This document shows, piece by piece, positions 40,553-54,100 of a stretch of 64,000 nt of DNA. The DNA lies in the NCBI GenBank assembly GCA_050084985.1, contig JBITNC010000001.1, positions 85,064,001 through 85,128,000 of the forward strand, in the 5' to 3' direction. This DNA is from Nageia nagi (lineage: Eukaryota; Plantae; Pinophyta). The notes beneath the pieces were generated by a model. The model ran no database searches. It was not told where the DNA came from and was given only the letters and a program-made list of their open reading frames with translations. The position numbers and the translations under genes were made by a program. Position 1 is the stretch's first letter; every line of letters begins with the position of its first letter.

Positions 40553-41536
40553 ATGGAGTCCTCGTCTTCTTCCATACTTGTTGATGCGTCTCCTTTCATC
40601 AGAATTTACAAAGATGGATCCGTAGAACGTCTCATTGGCACGGCGACGGTTCCTCCAGGACCTTCACCCGACGGCCTCGTGCTCTCCAAAGATGTGACGT
40701 TCGATGCCAAGGCAGACTTCTTCGTCCGATTATACATCCCTCAATCGCTCCAGTCCACCCAACCAACAAAGGTTCCTGTTATCGTATACATCCATGGCGG
40801 AGGTTTCTGCATCGAATCCGTGGCTTCGCCACTTTATCACAGTTACGTCAGCTCCTTAGCCAAAGAAGCTCACGCGATTTGCGTGTCGGTGAATTACAGA
40901 AGATCTCCTGAGCACCGCCTCCCTGCCGCATACGACGATTGTTTAAGCGTTCTTCAGTGGCTGGACACCCATCTGCAAGAAAGGGATGGGTTTGGACTGG
41001 ATCCCTGGATCCAGTCCTATGCCGACCTTACCAGGCTTTTCTTGGTGGGCGACAGTTCCGGAGGAAATATTGTACACCAAGTAGGCGTTATTGCCTACGA
41101 AACAAACTGGTCACTGCGGATGGAGGGAGCTATTGTGGCTCAGCCTCTTTTTGGCGGAGAAGAGGCCATCGAATGCAAAATGGGCGCCAAAGGAGAGGCT
41201 GTTGTTAAGCTTGTCGAGACCATTGTGAAGCTTTGTATGCCGGAGGAGGATGGCGTGGATAAAGATCATCCTTTCATAAACCCACTAGGTCCACGCTCTC
41301 CGCCTCTGTGGAAAGTAGCGTATAATCGGATTATTGTGTTTGTGGCGGAGAAGGATGCTCTCAAGGATCGAGGTCTTATGTACTACGAGGGCCTGAAGAA
41401 GTCAGGGAAACATGCGGAGTTGGTGGTAACAGAAGGTGAAAACCACGTTTTTCATCTGCTCAAACCACAGTCAGAGAAGGCGGCCATTATGATGAAACAG
41501 GTTTGTTATTTCATTCACTCGTCAGTGGAAAGTTGA
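40553..41536 (+). CDS. CXE: Plant carboxylesterase (CXE family, alpha/beta hydrolase fold-3), intronless, 327 aa
   Basis: Intact GC-rich ORF with IRIYKDGSVERL, the HGGGF oxyanion motif, SVNYRRSPEHRLPAAYDD, the nucleophile GDSSGG, Asp in AEKDAL and His in GENHVF. Confidence 0.97.
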   Translation: MESSSSSILVDASPFIRIYKDGSVERLIGTATVPPGPSPDGLVLSKDVTFDAKADFFVRLYIPQSLQSTQPTKVPVIVYIHGGGFCIESVASPLYHSYVSSLAKEAHAICVSVNYRRSPEHRLPAAYDDCLSVLQWLDTHLQERDGFGLDPWIQSYADLTRLFLVGDSSGGNIVHQVGVIAYETNWSLRMEGAIVAQPLFGGEEAIECKMGAKGEAVVKLVETIVKLCMPEEDGVDKDHPFINPLGPRSPPLWKVAYNRIIVFVAEKDALKDRGLMYYEGLKKSGKHAELVVTEGENHVFHLLKPQSEKAAIMMKQVCYFIHSSVES

Positions 41537-42169
41537 AATGACTGAATGTCGTAATTCATTGAGATTGAGTACAAACAGCGAATACACATATGTATGCAAG
41601 GATCGACCCCTCCTAAACTATTCTGTAGTAATTGCATTGCTAATCTTGCTTCCGTTTGTTTGGTATTCACACATGCATGGATCGATATTGACTCCATGCA
41701 AACACTGCAGCATAATAATATTAATATTGCAAGCATACCCCATTAATTCATGGAAATAACAAACAAAAGGAAATAAATTAATAGCTTTTTTTATTAGCTG
41801 TATAATATTGATGAAGCTGCACGCATACAACTAAAGTAGAACAAGGACCGGGAGCTCAAAGGTGTATGCATGAAGCTCTAGGGTTTTAAATGTTTTGCTT
41901 GTCATACCACAAATTCTTAATACTGCCACGTACTAGCATTTATTTTCTATTAGGTTGTGTTGTTAAATTTTCATTCATAGTAATTATTAAAATGGTAACT
42001 TCGAGAAATGGTGAAGGAAGTGATCTCGTAAATGTTTCTCATCTTTGTTAGATTTTATTCTTTTATTTGAGTTTAATTTTGCATGTAAGTGGTTTGAAGA
42101 TTATACTTTGATAGGTTACTTCCTAAAGATTATACTCATTGATATTGAATAATCTATATTTAGATCTAA

Positions 42170-45100
42170 CAAGCAAGAAAAACTTATGGTATTATGGTTC
42201 ATAGTATTGAAAATATTATAAAAGTTTTTTTTTCCTTTTTAAAAATCTTCTTATCTTTAATCGAGACCCCTAGTATTTCCAAAGATCCTTCATTATTTTC
42301 TAGTAATAGACTTAAGACATTATTGTCAATGATGAGGTATCTGATGAAGTCTTTATCTGGGTAATGATCCCTCATCTCAGAGTGTTTATTTGTCAATTCT
42401 AGAAGATCTTAGTGACCCCCATAAGGAAATCTATCTACATGGAGTAGAGCAAGTTTACTTTGTCCACCCTCACAAGCATGTGTATGAAGATTGACCTCTC
42501 TAAAGTCTTCAAAGAGTTTACAAACCTAGAAGTACAAAATACCACCATTAGGCAACACTTTGTGTATAATAATCTACATAATAACTATTATCAATACCAA
42601 TCAACAAACGACAAAATTAAGGATTTCCAACTATGGTAGGTAAGTTCAAACCTTTTTTCACTATTATTCCTATTCTAAAAGCAATTACTCTTCCAAATAG
42701 AAACAACTGTGATCAAGAAGAGTGTACTACAATTATTAATACAAGGAATCATCTAACCCAACAACTAGCATAACTGATATGATTAAGTAATGCCCTTCTA
42801 TTCAAATAACCTAAAAAGTTTACAATGTAGTCATCCCTCTCAACTCCTCTTGTTCCACCTATGACTTTAAATATTTCCTTACTAGAAGAAAGCCAATTAC
42901 CACCAATTTCCTCATCACATAAATAATTTATTTCATCTATTCTCAAGTAATCTTTCCAATAAAAAAGTTTCATTAACATGTGATGAATCAAAGAGAATTC
43001 AAATAAACAACAATGGACCAATATCGTAAAGAACAATGGAGGAATTGAATAGGAATAATGATATATTAATACAAAATTAAATTACATAACATGAAGTTCA
43101 AGGATGAATCTTCATATACTCTTCAATGGTGAGAGTTGTAGAGTTGAAGTCAACAATACAATTCACTTGCAAATACCAACTAGCTAAACTTACAAAAGCA
43201 TACTAATCCTTAGTAATTGAAGCTAACTACAATCTATACTTGTCAAGTATACTAGGGCAAGCTAGGAAAGTAACAAAAACATGAGTGAAATCACCTTCAA
43301 GATTTTGAGTTACAAAGGCACTCTTTTTATGAGCCTAATCGATGAGTTGTAGGTCAATTTGTCAGGTTGGACTGGTTAGATGAGAATTGGTTGGTAGATT
43401 TGGGGTTGATTAGTTAGCTATCGATTGTAATTAGTTATTCTACAAGATACTAATTGATTAGTGAAATGTAGGAACTTGAAAATTTCACTCATGATAAGTG
43501 CCAATTCTCCAACATTCTCCACCTTGATACAAAGAGGATTCATGATGGAGTCTCTAAGCATCATATATAGAGCATTGATAATACCTTTTGTAAAGATATC
43601 TATCAAATTTATCTTGGTATTGCAATATTGAAGATCAATTTCTCTCTTCTCCACCATGTCATGGATGAAATGGTACTTCAATTAAAAGTGCTTTGATTTG
43701 TTATGGTGGATGGGGTTATGCACAAATTGAAATTCTGAATGGCACTTTAGTTGTCATAGTAAAGAATGATGATCCATGTTATTTCTCACCAATCTCTTCA
43801 AGCAACTTCCTCAACCCCAAATGCTTGAGCATTAGTTGTTGTAAGAGCAATATAATTCGCTTCACAAGAGGAAAATACAATTGTAGATTACTTCTTGGAG
43901 CTCCATGTAATCAAACCTAAACAAAGTAAGAAACACTAACCCAAAATAGACTTCCTATCATCTAGATTATTGCCCTAATTACTATCACTATAGCCTACAA
44001 GTTCCATCTTCTCCACATGAGAATAATGGAGATTAAAGTTGGTGACAATTATCTTGGGAAGCTCATGTGCAAAATGGAAGGATCATTCATATATCTAGAC
44101 ACCATTGAGATAATAAATTGCATATAAGGCCTAGTATTACAAAGAAACATGAGACTACCTACAATGTTCCTAAATTTTGTTATATTTACTTTTGAAATAC
44201 CATCTTCTTTGCAAAGTAGCTCTCCATGAGCTACAAGATTCAAAATAGAGGTACAATTATCCATGCCATATTTTGATTGCATGTGTCTTGCATACTTGCT
44301 TTGAAAAAAAAAATTAATCTTGAGATTGGTGGACCTCCATACCAAGAATGTAGCTCATGAAGCCTATATCCTTCATATAAAACTCATGCATTAAATCAAT
44401 ACTGAACTTGTTATTCATGATTGAATCAATTCCAAATTAAATCATCAACACAATGAGAAAGAAATAAAATATGAGTACATTTTCTCTTGATGTAGTGTGT
44501 TTGCTCATTTTTGCTTCTAATGAGTCCAAACATTTGGAAGTATCCATTAATCTAGGTTTACCAAGACCTTAAATCTTACTTGAGGCCATGTAAGGCCTTC
44601 TTGATCTTATAAACATGAATCTCTTTACCTTGCACTTGAAATCCTTGAGGTTGTTACACATAAACCTTCTCATCCAAATAGACATTCAAGAATGTACTTT
44701 TTACATCCATATGATGTACATTACAATGCTTTTAGGCTACTAATGAGAGAAGCTTTCTTCCTATTTCTTATCTTACAATCAAGAAAAACATTTCTTCATA
44801 ATCCACTCCATATTTTTTTGTGAACCTTTTGGCAAACAACCTTGCTTTGTGTCTCTCAATTGTTCCATCATTGTTTTATTTATTTTTGTAAACCCACTTA
44901 GAACCTACATATCTCTTTCCATTAGAAAACTTATAAAGTTCGTAAAGGTCATTCTTTTCAATTAAGTGAAGCTCTTCTTGCATGGTCTTCAACCACACAC
45001 TTTTGGCACAAGCTTCCTCATAATAAGATGGATCAAAATAAGAAAAAATAATATTTTAATATGCACACAATGCATAACTAACCATCTTCCCCTTTGGATC

Positions 45101-48100
45101 CTCATCCACTTGCATATCACTAAATTGCTTCACATATTTTTCCATTTCATGAAATTGACTTCTAGTAAGCCTATGATGAAAATTTGGATCTATAACTTGA
45201 GAAGGAGGATGGTTTTGAAAATGCTTCTTACCTATTTTTGTTTTCATCACTTCTTTAATTACATTAGAACCTCCACTTGAAGAAGAAATGGAAGTGGACT
45301 TGGAGCTATTGGAGGGAATTGATGAAGGACTATTAGGCATAAATTAAAGATTTGGTAGAGAATTAAATCTCTTGGGTTGAAAATTCTTCAAATTTGAAGT
45401 ATTTTCTTGGCTACGCACTTATCCACCATGCATTTTTGTTATTTTTCATAGACTTTCCCCTCCTCAAAAATGACATACCTTGATACAATAATTTTTTTTG
45501 GTTTTGGGATTATAAAGCCTATATGCCTTAGTATCTTCACTATAACCAATGAACACACATTTTTCACTCTTTGTATCCATGTTTTTTATATTTTATTTTC
45601 GCACATGATCATATGCCAAGAAATCAAAAATTCTAAAATAATGAATATTTGGCTTCTTGTTATAATATGATTCAAAAGGATTCTTGCCTTTAATCATACT
45701 ACAAGAGCATCTATTCAATACATAATTGGATGTTCTTACTGCTTCATCCCAACACATGTTATGCAACTTTTTGATTTGTAATAAACACATTACCATCTCC
45801 ATGAGAGTTCTATTTTTTCTCTCAACCACTCCATTTTGTTGTAGAGTGTAGTATACTACCTTTTAATTCCATGTTTCTTACAAAAATTAGTAAATTCATT
45901 TGAGGCATACTCTCCCCATATATCACTTCTTACACATTTCATTGTATGCTCATTCTAATTTTCAATAAGCTCTTTGAATTCCTTAAAACACCCAAATGTA
46001 TCATATTTATGTTTGAGAAAATAAACCTAACATATTCTACTAAAATCATCACTAAAAGTAAGGAAATATGAATCCATACTAAGACTCTTCAATTGTATTG
46101 GTACACATAAATCACTATGAACCAATTGTAGTGGGAATAAGGCCCTCCATGATTTCCCATGATCAAATTTATGTCTTATTTGCTTACCTAAAATACAAGC
46201 TTCACAAATAGATTTGGGATATTTAACAAGAGGCAAACCATGAAAAAGATCATTAGATCACTTCAAGTTATTGAAATTCAAATGGCCAAATCTAAGATTC
46301 CATAGGCAAGACATATAATTTGTAAACCATATTTGCAAGAAGCCTATCCCCTTTATGTTAGAGATTCAATGGAAATAACCAATTGACTATCATATGCGTA
46401 GTAGTAACATGCTTATTTCTATGATTCTTGTCAAACATTTCATATTTTTTATCCTCAAAAATCAACTTATAATTGTTCCTTATAATATAGCCAACACTAA
46501 GCAAGCTATGATTCATATCTAGAGTGTGATAAACATCCTTCCCCTTCTTCATTCCATGCTTGGTAGGCACTTAGATCATGCCTTTGCCAACCATCTCTAT
46601 TACACTATTATTTACAAGATTAATTCTATACTTGTAGGAATGATTAATGGAGGAGAGAAGATCCCCCCCTTTTCGATCATATGGTTGGAGCAATAGGTGT
46701 CCATCAACCAAGTTTCTTTCCCCTATTATTTAGTTGCATTAGTTATATCCTCCATGGAAAGAAAGAGAGTTTCACCATACTCTTCTTCCTCTCCATAATT
46801 GGTTGCTTTCTTAGGTTTACACTCCCTCTCAAAGTGTCCATATTTATTTTAGTAGTAGCATTGAGCATTACTCTTATCAACACTACCTTTACATCTTCCT
46901 CTTGAGCTTTAAGAGCCTCCTCTTCCACTTCCTTACCCATTTGAGCTTGATTCACCTTATTTTGCAGCAAAGGATTTCTTATCTTTATTAGAATGAACTG
47001 GTTCATTATCTAACCTCTCTTTATGAGACATAAGAGAGCCAATAAGGGATTCAATCACCATTTTAGAGAGATCCTTAGTCTCCTATAACATAATAATAAT
47101 ATGGTACCACTTATTGCTAAGATATCTCTTAATTTATTTTATTATAATTGGTTTTTCCAAGTCTTCACAAAGAGTTTTCATCTTGTTGATAATCTTCTTC
47201 ACTTTAACATAAAAGTTAGAAGACTTCTCAATCTCTTTATTTCTTGAGAGTCTCAAATGTTTTCCTTAGAGTATGAAACTTCACTTCTTTTACTTAGTCA
47301 CTCCCTTGGAAATCTTCCTTCAACACTATCCACGCATGTTTGGCTATTTTGTAACTAACAATCCTAGGAAAAATGTTAATACCAAGAGCTACTTGGAGGT
47401 GCGACAAGGCAAGAGAGTTCTTGCTCTGACATTCCTTCTTGGTATTCTTCTCATTTGTAGAGAGAGTGCTCTAATCAATTGTTTCTAAGTAGCCATCATC
47501 AACTATATCCCATAAATATTTGCTAATGAGAAAGGTTTACATTTTAATGCTCCAATATAAATAGTCACTTCCATTAAATTTTGGAATAGGAATAAATGAA
47601 TTTATGCTAATGGCCATGATACCTACAAATAAGAAACCAAAGACTGTACAAGTAACCTTTGTAATTTCCATAAGCTATAGTATTTCTTAAATCAAGCTAA
47701 GACCCAACAAAGCTTTGATACCAAATGATGAATCAAAGATAATTCAAATAAATAATAATGGAGCAATATTGTAAAGAATAATGGAGAAATTGAATAGGAA
47801 CAGTGATACATTAAAGAAAAATAAAATTACATAACATGAAGTTCAAGAATGAAGCTTCATACACTCTTCAATGCTAAGAGTTATAGAATTGAAATAGACA
47901 ATACAATTCACTTGAAAAAACCATATAGCTAAACTTACAAAAGCATAATAATCCTTAGTTACTGAAATTAACTACATTCTACACTTTTTAAGTACACCAG
48001 GGTGAGCTAGGAAAGAAACAAAAAATACATAAAAATGAGTAAAAAATCCTTCAAGATTTGGAGTTACAAAGGCACTTTTGTTTGAGCCTAACATGTGCAT

Positions 48101-48350
48101 TACAAGTTAGTTGATCAAGTTGGACCAGTTGGATAATAACAAGTTGGTAGATTTAGGGGCTAGTTGGGTAGCTACCTATTGGAATTGATCAGTATCAAAG
48201 CTACAAGTTTATCAATAAAATGTGGGAACTCAAAAATTTCAATTGTGACAAGTGCCAATTCTCTAACAATATGATCATGTCCATTTCATACTTCCTTATC
48301 AAATGGCTCTCATACTCACTAGAAGAAATACCACTAGACTAATTTTTTAT
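42170..48350 (-). mobile_element. LINE (L1-like) endonuclease fragment split by the Copia insertion
   Basis: Minus strand LIRKYEMDMI|MLM joins across the Copia TSD. Downstream DRF and DHYP resemble the APE-endonuclease motifs RLDRF and SDHxP. Confidence 0.45.
42981..48268 (-). mobile_element. Full-length degenerate Ty1/Copia retrotransposon
   Basis: LTRs at 42981-43514 and 47726-48268 (TG..CA); TSD ACATG/ATATG; PBS GCTTTGATACCA at 47712-47723; PPT at 43515-43527; gag ATG at 47617; integrase ICEACILGKQ, LVHSDLC, VERKNRTL; RT and RNase H in ORFs 44049 and 43418. Confidence 0.97.
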
Positions 48351-48649
48351 TAAAAAATCATAATTAATTTAATAGATATATTTCAATCTCTGAAGGAGCT
48401 ATGCAATACTAATAATATTATTGAGGTTATGCACTTCAATTGATTAGTATGATATTTATATCATAGACTATATGAGGACTAATGAACCTAATCCAAAAAT
48501 ATATGGTATGTAGTAAAATATAGAAAGTTACCAACTTGCATGGTGAGTTGGATTCTATACTTTCTATGTTTGTATAAAGTGAAGGTTTCTTATTTCATTC
48601 TATAAATTACTTATAATTTTATTTTATCAAGAAGTACACTTTATACCTA

Positions 48650-51150
48650 TGATCATACTTTTGAAAGAGAAGAACACTTTATCTAGTTGGCATCTGAATA
48701 TTATAACAATTGATATCGGTAGTGAAAATTTAAAATAAAATAATTTGGATTTTTATAGAGGTTAATGCTTAATAATTTTGTGGTTACCAATGTATATGCC
48801 CCTAATCATGCATCCAACATATATTCTATCTGGTGTTACCTTGTCTTCTCTAGGTCACATTTAGTCTCAGTGCTATGTGATTGCTTCAATATTCAATAAA
48901 AAAAATAGATGATAAAGCTGGGTACCCCATCATGTATTATAATTTTGAAAAATGATATGCATGGTTTTTTGTATATAAATATCAATATGAGTTATCTTAA
49001 GCTCTATTTCTTTACATGTGAATTTTTGAGACTCTTTATATTTTATATAGAGCCATGATTACTAAGTATCACATAGAATCTGAGGAAGTATGGAGGAAGG
49101 TATAGTCCAACGTTATGATTTTTTCTCATCCTAGAATAAAACGCTACACTTGTTAGGAATCAATCCTTGAATGCATACCTTCCTTCACACTTCCTCAAAT
49201 CCTATGTTAGGGAGACCATTTAAATTTCTAATTGCCTCTTTTATCTTATAGTCCCCACTTTTGGTCAATCCCCACTTGGGTTGATTACTTTGGTCTATTA
49301 GGCTCTTCCCCATTTCATTTAACCATCTCTATTTAAGTCTTGATCTGTTGGTCATTTATTTTTCTAAGTACCCATTTGGCTTCATGTTTATCTTATTATT
49401 GTGCTACTTTATCCCCTTGGTTGATAACTACCCACTCTTCTCCTTGTTTGAATTTGTTATATTCAACTAATTATTTTTCTTTCAACCATGCATCCTCTCA
49501 CATGAATATATCCTCTCTTGATCCTATTTCCTATTTTAGATGTCTAGGAATAATATGTTTGACTCTCATTAGTTCATTCCAAAATGGGAATTCATATAGT
49601 GGGTTATAAATTCTAAAAACTATATTCTTACATTACATGTGCTTGGTATTACAAATTTTTATCCATTGCTTTTGTTCCTTTTTTGGTAAACTATATATCA
49701 ATTTACCTCTAAGAGCTTGACTGACATGAAGGTTCTTTCTTAGTCCAAGGTGCACTTGTTCTTTTTCTTTATATATTTTTGTCCATGCTACCAAATCTGT
49801 TCTATTTTTTTATGCTTCTCCTGACTAAAGAAACTTACTACATTGCTGATCAATATTTTTGCATATTGTTTCTAGAATTTTGAATACCAAAGCATTAGAA
49901 ATAGGTATGCTCTTAAGGGTTATTTTTATTAAAATTAGCTTATATGAATAGCTTAAAATCTTCTCTTTCTATCCTATCAACTTATTTTTTTTTCCTTTTA
50001 TCTAGTCCATATTAGTGAGTCTACCAAAAAATAAAGGTTTTCCTATTTCAACATGTAATATGTTTCCAATTATATCTCAAGGTATTCATCATTCTCATCA
50101 CCAATATTTCTAATAATGCTCCTTTTTCTTATTATCTCCTCTCTACCTCCTCCTTCATATAATTGCTCCTAGTTACTCATAAATATTTTTTCCAAGATTT
50201 GACTATGGTTGACCATATTTATAATGCTTGGAAGCTTATACCTCCTTCAATTAGGTCTATAGATTGGATTACTTTGTCTAGATATGCAATGTCCCATACA
50301 ACCATTCTCATATGTATCTTAGATGTGAAAGTGGCCAAGTCATAGAGATATGAAAATTTTATTCTGAAGGTAGAGATAAAAAATGCTTTAGTTTTAATTT
50401 AAACTTATTCTATAAGCCCTTTCATTTAGGGTTATATTTCTAATCTTTATCAAAATCTCAAAATAGTAAAATTATATGAGGATATAGGATTTCATCTTTG
50501 GGCTCTATTTCATTAGCCCAAAATTAAAGATACAATTCCTAAGGAGTTCTTCTATTGGCTAAAGCTACCTTAAAAAGATACCCAATTCAATTTCATTCAT
50601 ATTATTGGTGAATATTTGATATCACTTTTTGACATCTCTATGATTTTATTTTTGATATTATCAATTAGTCTTTGTCTCTTAAGAGCTCACTCTTGCTCAT
50701 CAACAAGCCTTGGATGCATATTACTTAGTAATTCATGAGAATATTTTTAGTACATAGGGGAAACTTATAAAAATATTTTTCTATTGATGATATTTCCAAA
50801 TCTCTCCCCCATATGGCTAATGATAAGGCTACCAACTTGGATGGTTTCTCATACAAACTTTACAAGTTATAAGATATGGTTGACATTGACCTCCTTCATA
50901 TTTATTAAAAAGTTATGATCTTTACTTCTTTGAGATCTATTATAAATAAAATTAACATTAAACTCATCCCCAATTTAGGTGATTTAGATCTCATCAAAAA
51001 TTTACATCCTATTGCCTTTCCCAATATGAACTATGAGTTAATTGTCATGGCTTTGTCTTTATGTCTTCATCAATTATCATCTCAAATTATTCAGCCTAAC
51101 TATATGGGCTTCATTTGAAATGCATACATTTCATGATATCTTTGTTTTTT
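48650..51150 (+). mobile_element. Degenerate LINE ORF2 (endonuclease to RT N-terminus)
   Basis: VTNVYAPN at ~48784; DKATNLDGF...IKLIPNLGD..KNLHPIAFPNMNYELI..QIIQPNYMGFI at 50822-51118. Confidence 0.8.
49060..50060 (-). mobile_element. LINE ORF2 C-terminal fragment nested antisense in the plus-strand LINE
   Basis: Minus strand IPIS..FKILETICKNIDQQCSKFL*SG..DLVAWTKIYKEKEQVHLGLR..SQALRGKL matches the plant L1 post-RT region, followed by a PNKC zf-RVT-like remnant. Confidence 0.65.
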
Positions 51151-54100
51151 GGGTAGTGTAGCCACCTAAATGTTATTTTGTATTTATTAATAAAGCATAT
51201 TTTAGGAAAATCTAAGCAATATATTATTTAAATCATACAAATGTCTAAAATATGATGATTAATGTGCTAATAGTTTATTAATCATATCCTAATAAATGTT
51301 AATATCTCTTAAACATGTATATATTTAAAATTATCTTGAGAATATCATTAATATTATATGTTATTATATAATTTTATTGAGATGATTATTATTGTAATTA
51401 TTTCAATGTTAACTCTCACCTTTTTCTATGTCTTTTTAGGTATGAAAGGAGGAACATTATATAACAACCCCTATTGGATCTCTCTAATAGGCGGTTGTCC
51501 ATACTTCACATTATGTTTGTCTTTTGAGACCACTTATTTGAGAATATTTTATGCTCTAATTTTATAGAAATAATGTACATACTATCATCCTTTGGTGAAC
51601 AAAGTGATAAACTTAAAGGATGACAATCATAGATATGATCCATTCCACTATATCTCTAACTACATTTTAACGATTCCTATCATGCCAAGTGCATACTTTC
51701 TTGGCTTTAGAACTTAGGATATATATAAGTGAACTCATTATGTCTTATAAAACATAAAAATTTTATTTTAGGGTATTGCTTTTTTATGCAATATTACATT
51801 AGAAATCTTTGGTTTTATTTTCTTTTTGGTTAAATTAATTTTTTACAAGATTAAAAACTCATATTACTTTGAAATTATTAGGAAATTAAGAAGTTTTTAT
51901 TTTCAAAAAAAAAACTTAGATTTTGAAGGTCTTTTTGTTCAATTCAATGATATCTTGCATTAGAAAATTTTATCCAAATAAATAATAAATAGAATTGGAA
52001 AATGTTTCTAATTTTGCAAAGCATAAAATTGAATATTTTGATCAATATTAGATTTTTTTATAAACAAAACCATCATAAAAAGAATAAAATTTTAAAATCA
52101 TTTTTCAATTATTAGGTGACTTATTTCATGAGAAAAACTTACCAAAACTATAAGTTATCATAGTAGGTAGATTTTTGAGAGTAATTTCGATTTATTTCAT
52201 ACATTTTCATCAAGATTTCTAAAGGTTTTCATATTTCAAATAAAATATCTTTTCTCAAAACTTTATATTTTGAAATTTATTTTCTTAAATTTGGGAAGTT
52301 CTAGCATCATAAAACTTATCATTGAATACATATACATGCTAGCAAGTTATTTTGAAATTTGCATAATCTAAAGTTACATAAATTACCATATTTCTTAAAT
52401 TATTTTTGCAATTTTTAGATATTACATTTTTTTATGGCTACAAGAGATTTTTTATGTATTATGAAATATGTTATGTGATAAATTTGGTTTGTATGAAAAA
52501 AAAGAATTCCCTAAAATAAATCTAGAAAAAGAAATACTTAAAGTAAATGATATGTTAGCCTTAGATAATCAAGAAGGTGACAGTAATACATATATTGATG
52601 ATCTTGATTATATGGTTGAAATATATTACAAGGAATATTTAAATCTTGTTGCTATGAGTAACTTTGAGATACATGATATTGAATTTAATAATTTATCATT
52701 TCAATATCAACTCAAAAAAGTATAACAACATATGTTAGTCAATCCTTATTTTCTATTACAAATTAATATAGATTCTAATGTAAATTAAAAATATCATAAT
52801 TTATTGAAAACAAAATCTTTTTATAAAGAGCTAAAGATATTATTAGGAAATATTGCTACAAGAAATCATTGTATGGAGATAATTCAAACAAACTACTCTA
52901 TTAACAATAATGAAAGCGAGGAACATCACTATTTTGGTTCTGAAAGAAAACTTACCTCAATCGATATAGATCAAAGGTAGGGTTAGTTTAAGAATATCTT
53001 AAAAAGAAATGATGCCCATACTATATAAAATTACAAAAATAGTGTCTATATCATGGATCTAGCTTAACCATAGAAAATAAAAAAGAAAAAAAAATTGGTT
53101 AACAAGTTATAAGAAAATATTAAAAAGTTTTAGTTCAATAAAATCTAGTTTAGATTCAAAAATAAGAGTTTAAAAAGAAAACAATGGTCCCTTACAAAGT
53201 ATCAAATGAAGATTAGAGCCCTTAATTTATTATTTCAATAAATATCATTCAATTAATTATCTCAAACACAATGGATTTAACTAATTGATGGGGTTGAAGA
53301 ACTAATGCTAATGGAGAAATAAAAGCAATTAGAGTTTCTAAAAGAAATATATGGCATTGTTTTTAATGATAGCAATGGTTATTTGACTATCACCTAGTTC
53401 ACTATAGTTTATCATTTTGAATTTCCTATATATTAGGTTACATATATCTATAGATTAGGAGTCAATATTTATATCTATCATCTTTATCATTTCTTCTAAA
53501 ATATCATCACATGTCATCATATTCTCATCAAATTTTTTCATGAAAATCTTATCAAATAATCAAAATTTACCATGTTAATCAAATATGTCTCATAGTATCA
53601 TGTCTAGTTAATGCATCTCATACTTGGCTAGTTGCATCACAAAAACTTAAATTAAAATTAAAAATATTAGATTAAATTGTTTCAAATAGAATTTATTATG
53701 AAAAGCATACTATTTCAAAAATAAAAAAGATTCCAAGTAAGAATAAGATAGAACCAAAACACCTTAATCTGGCATAAGTGAGAATTATAAATCAAATATC
53801 AGAATAAAAAAGAAGAATGTGGAAGTGCAAAAAAAAATAGTATCAAATTATTCATGAGTGAACCAAAATTTTGGATCATTTTGAAATCTTTATTCCTTCA
53901 TTGATCATTTTCCTTTTATTTTATCTTGGGAAAATTTCCATGGGTGGTAAATATACATGGATATCTATGTAATATGGAAATTTATACCTTATTGAAATGT
54001 TGTTTAAAAGATAAGAATGATTACATGATATGCACAAAATGTGTCTTTTGAATATGTACAAAAATAGAGTTGTTTAATAACAAATGCAAAACATGGATCC

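Noticed and set aside
40939-41830. Overlapping/downstream ORFs 40939, 41515, 41538 and 41618
   Set aside because: Alternative-frame or 3' UTR ORFs with no recognisable motifs; explained by CXE GC content and chance.
51157-53638. Solo LTR starting TGTAGCCACCTAAA
   Set aside because: The start is LTR-like but no end with a matching TSD was found and the interior is interrupted.
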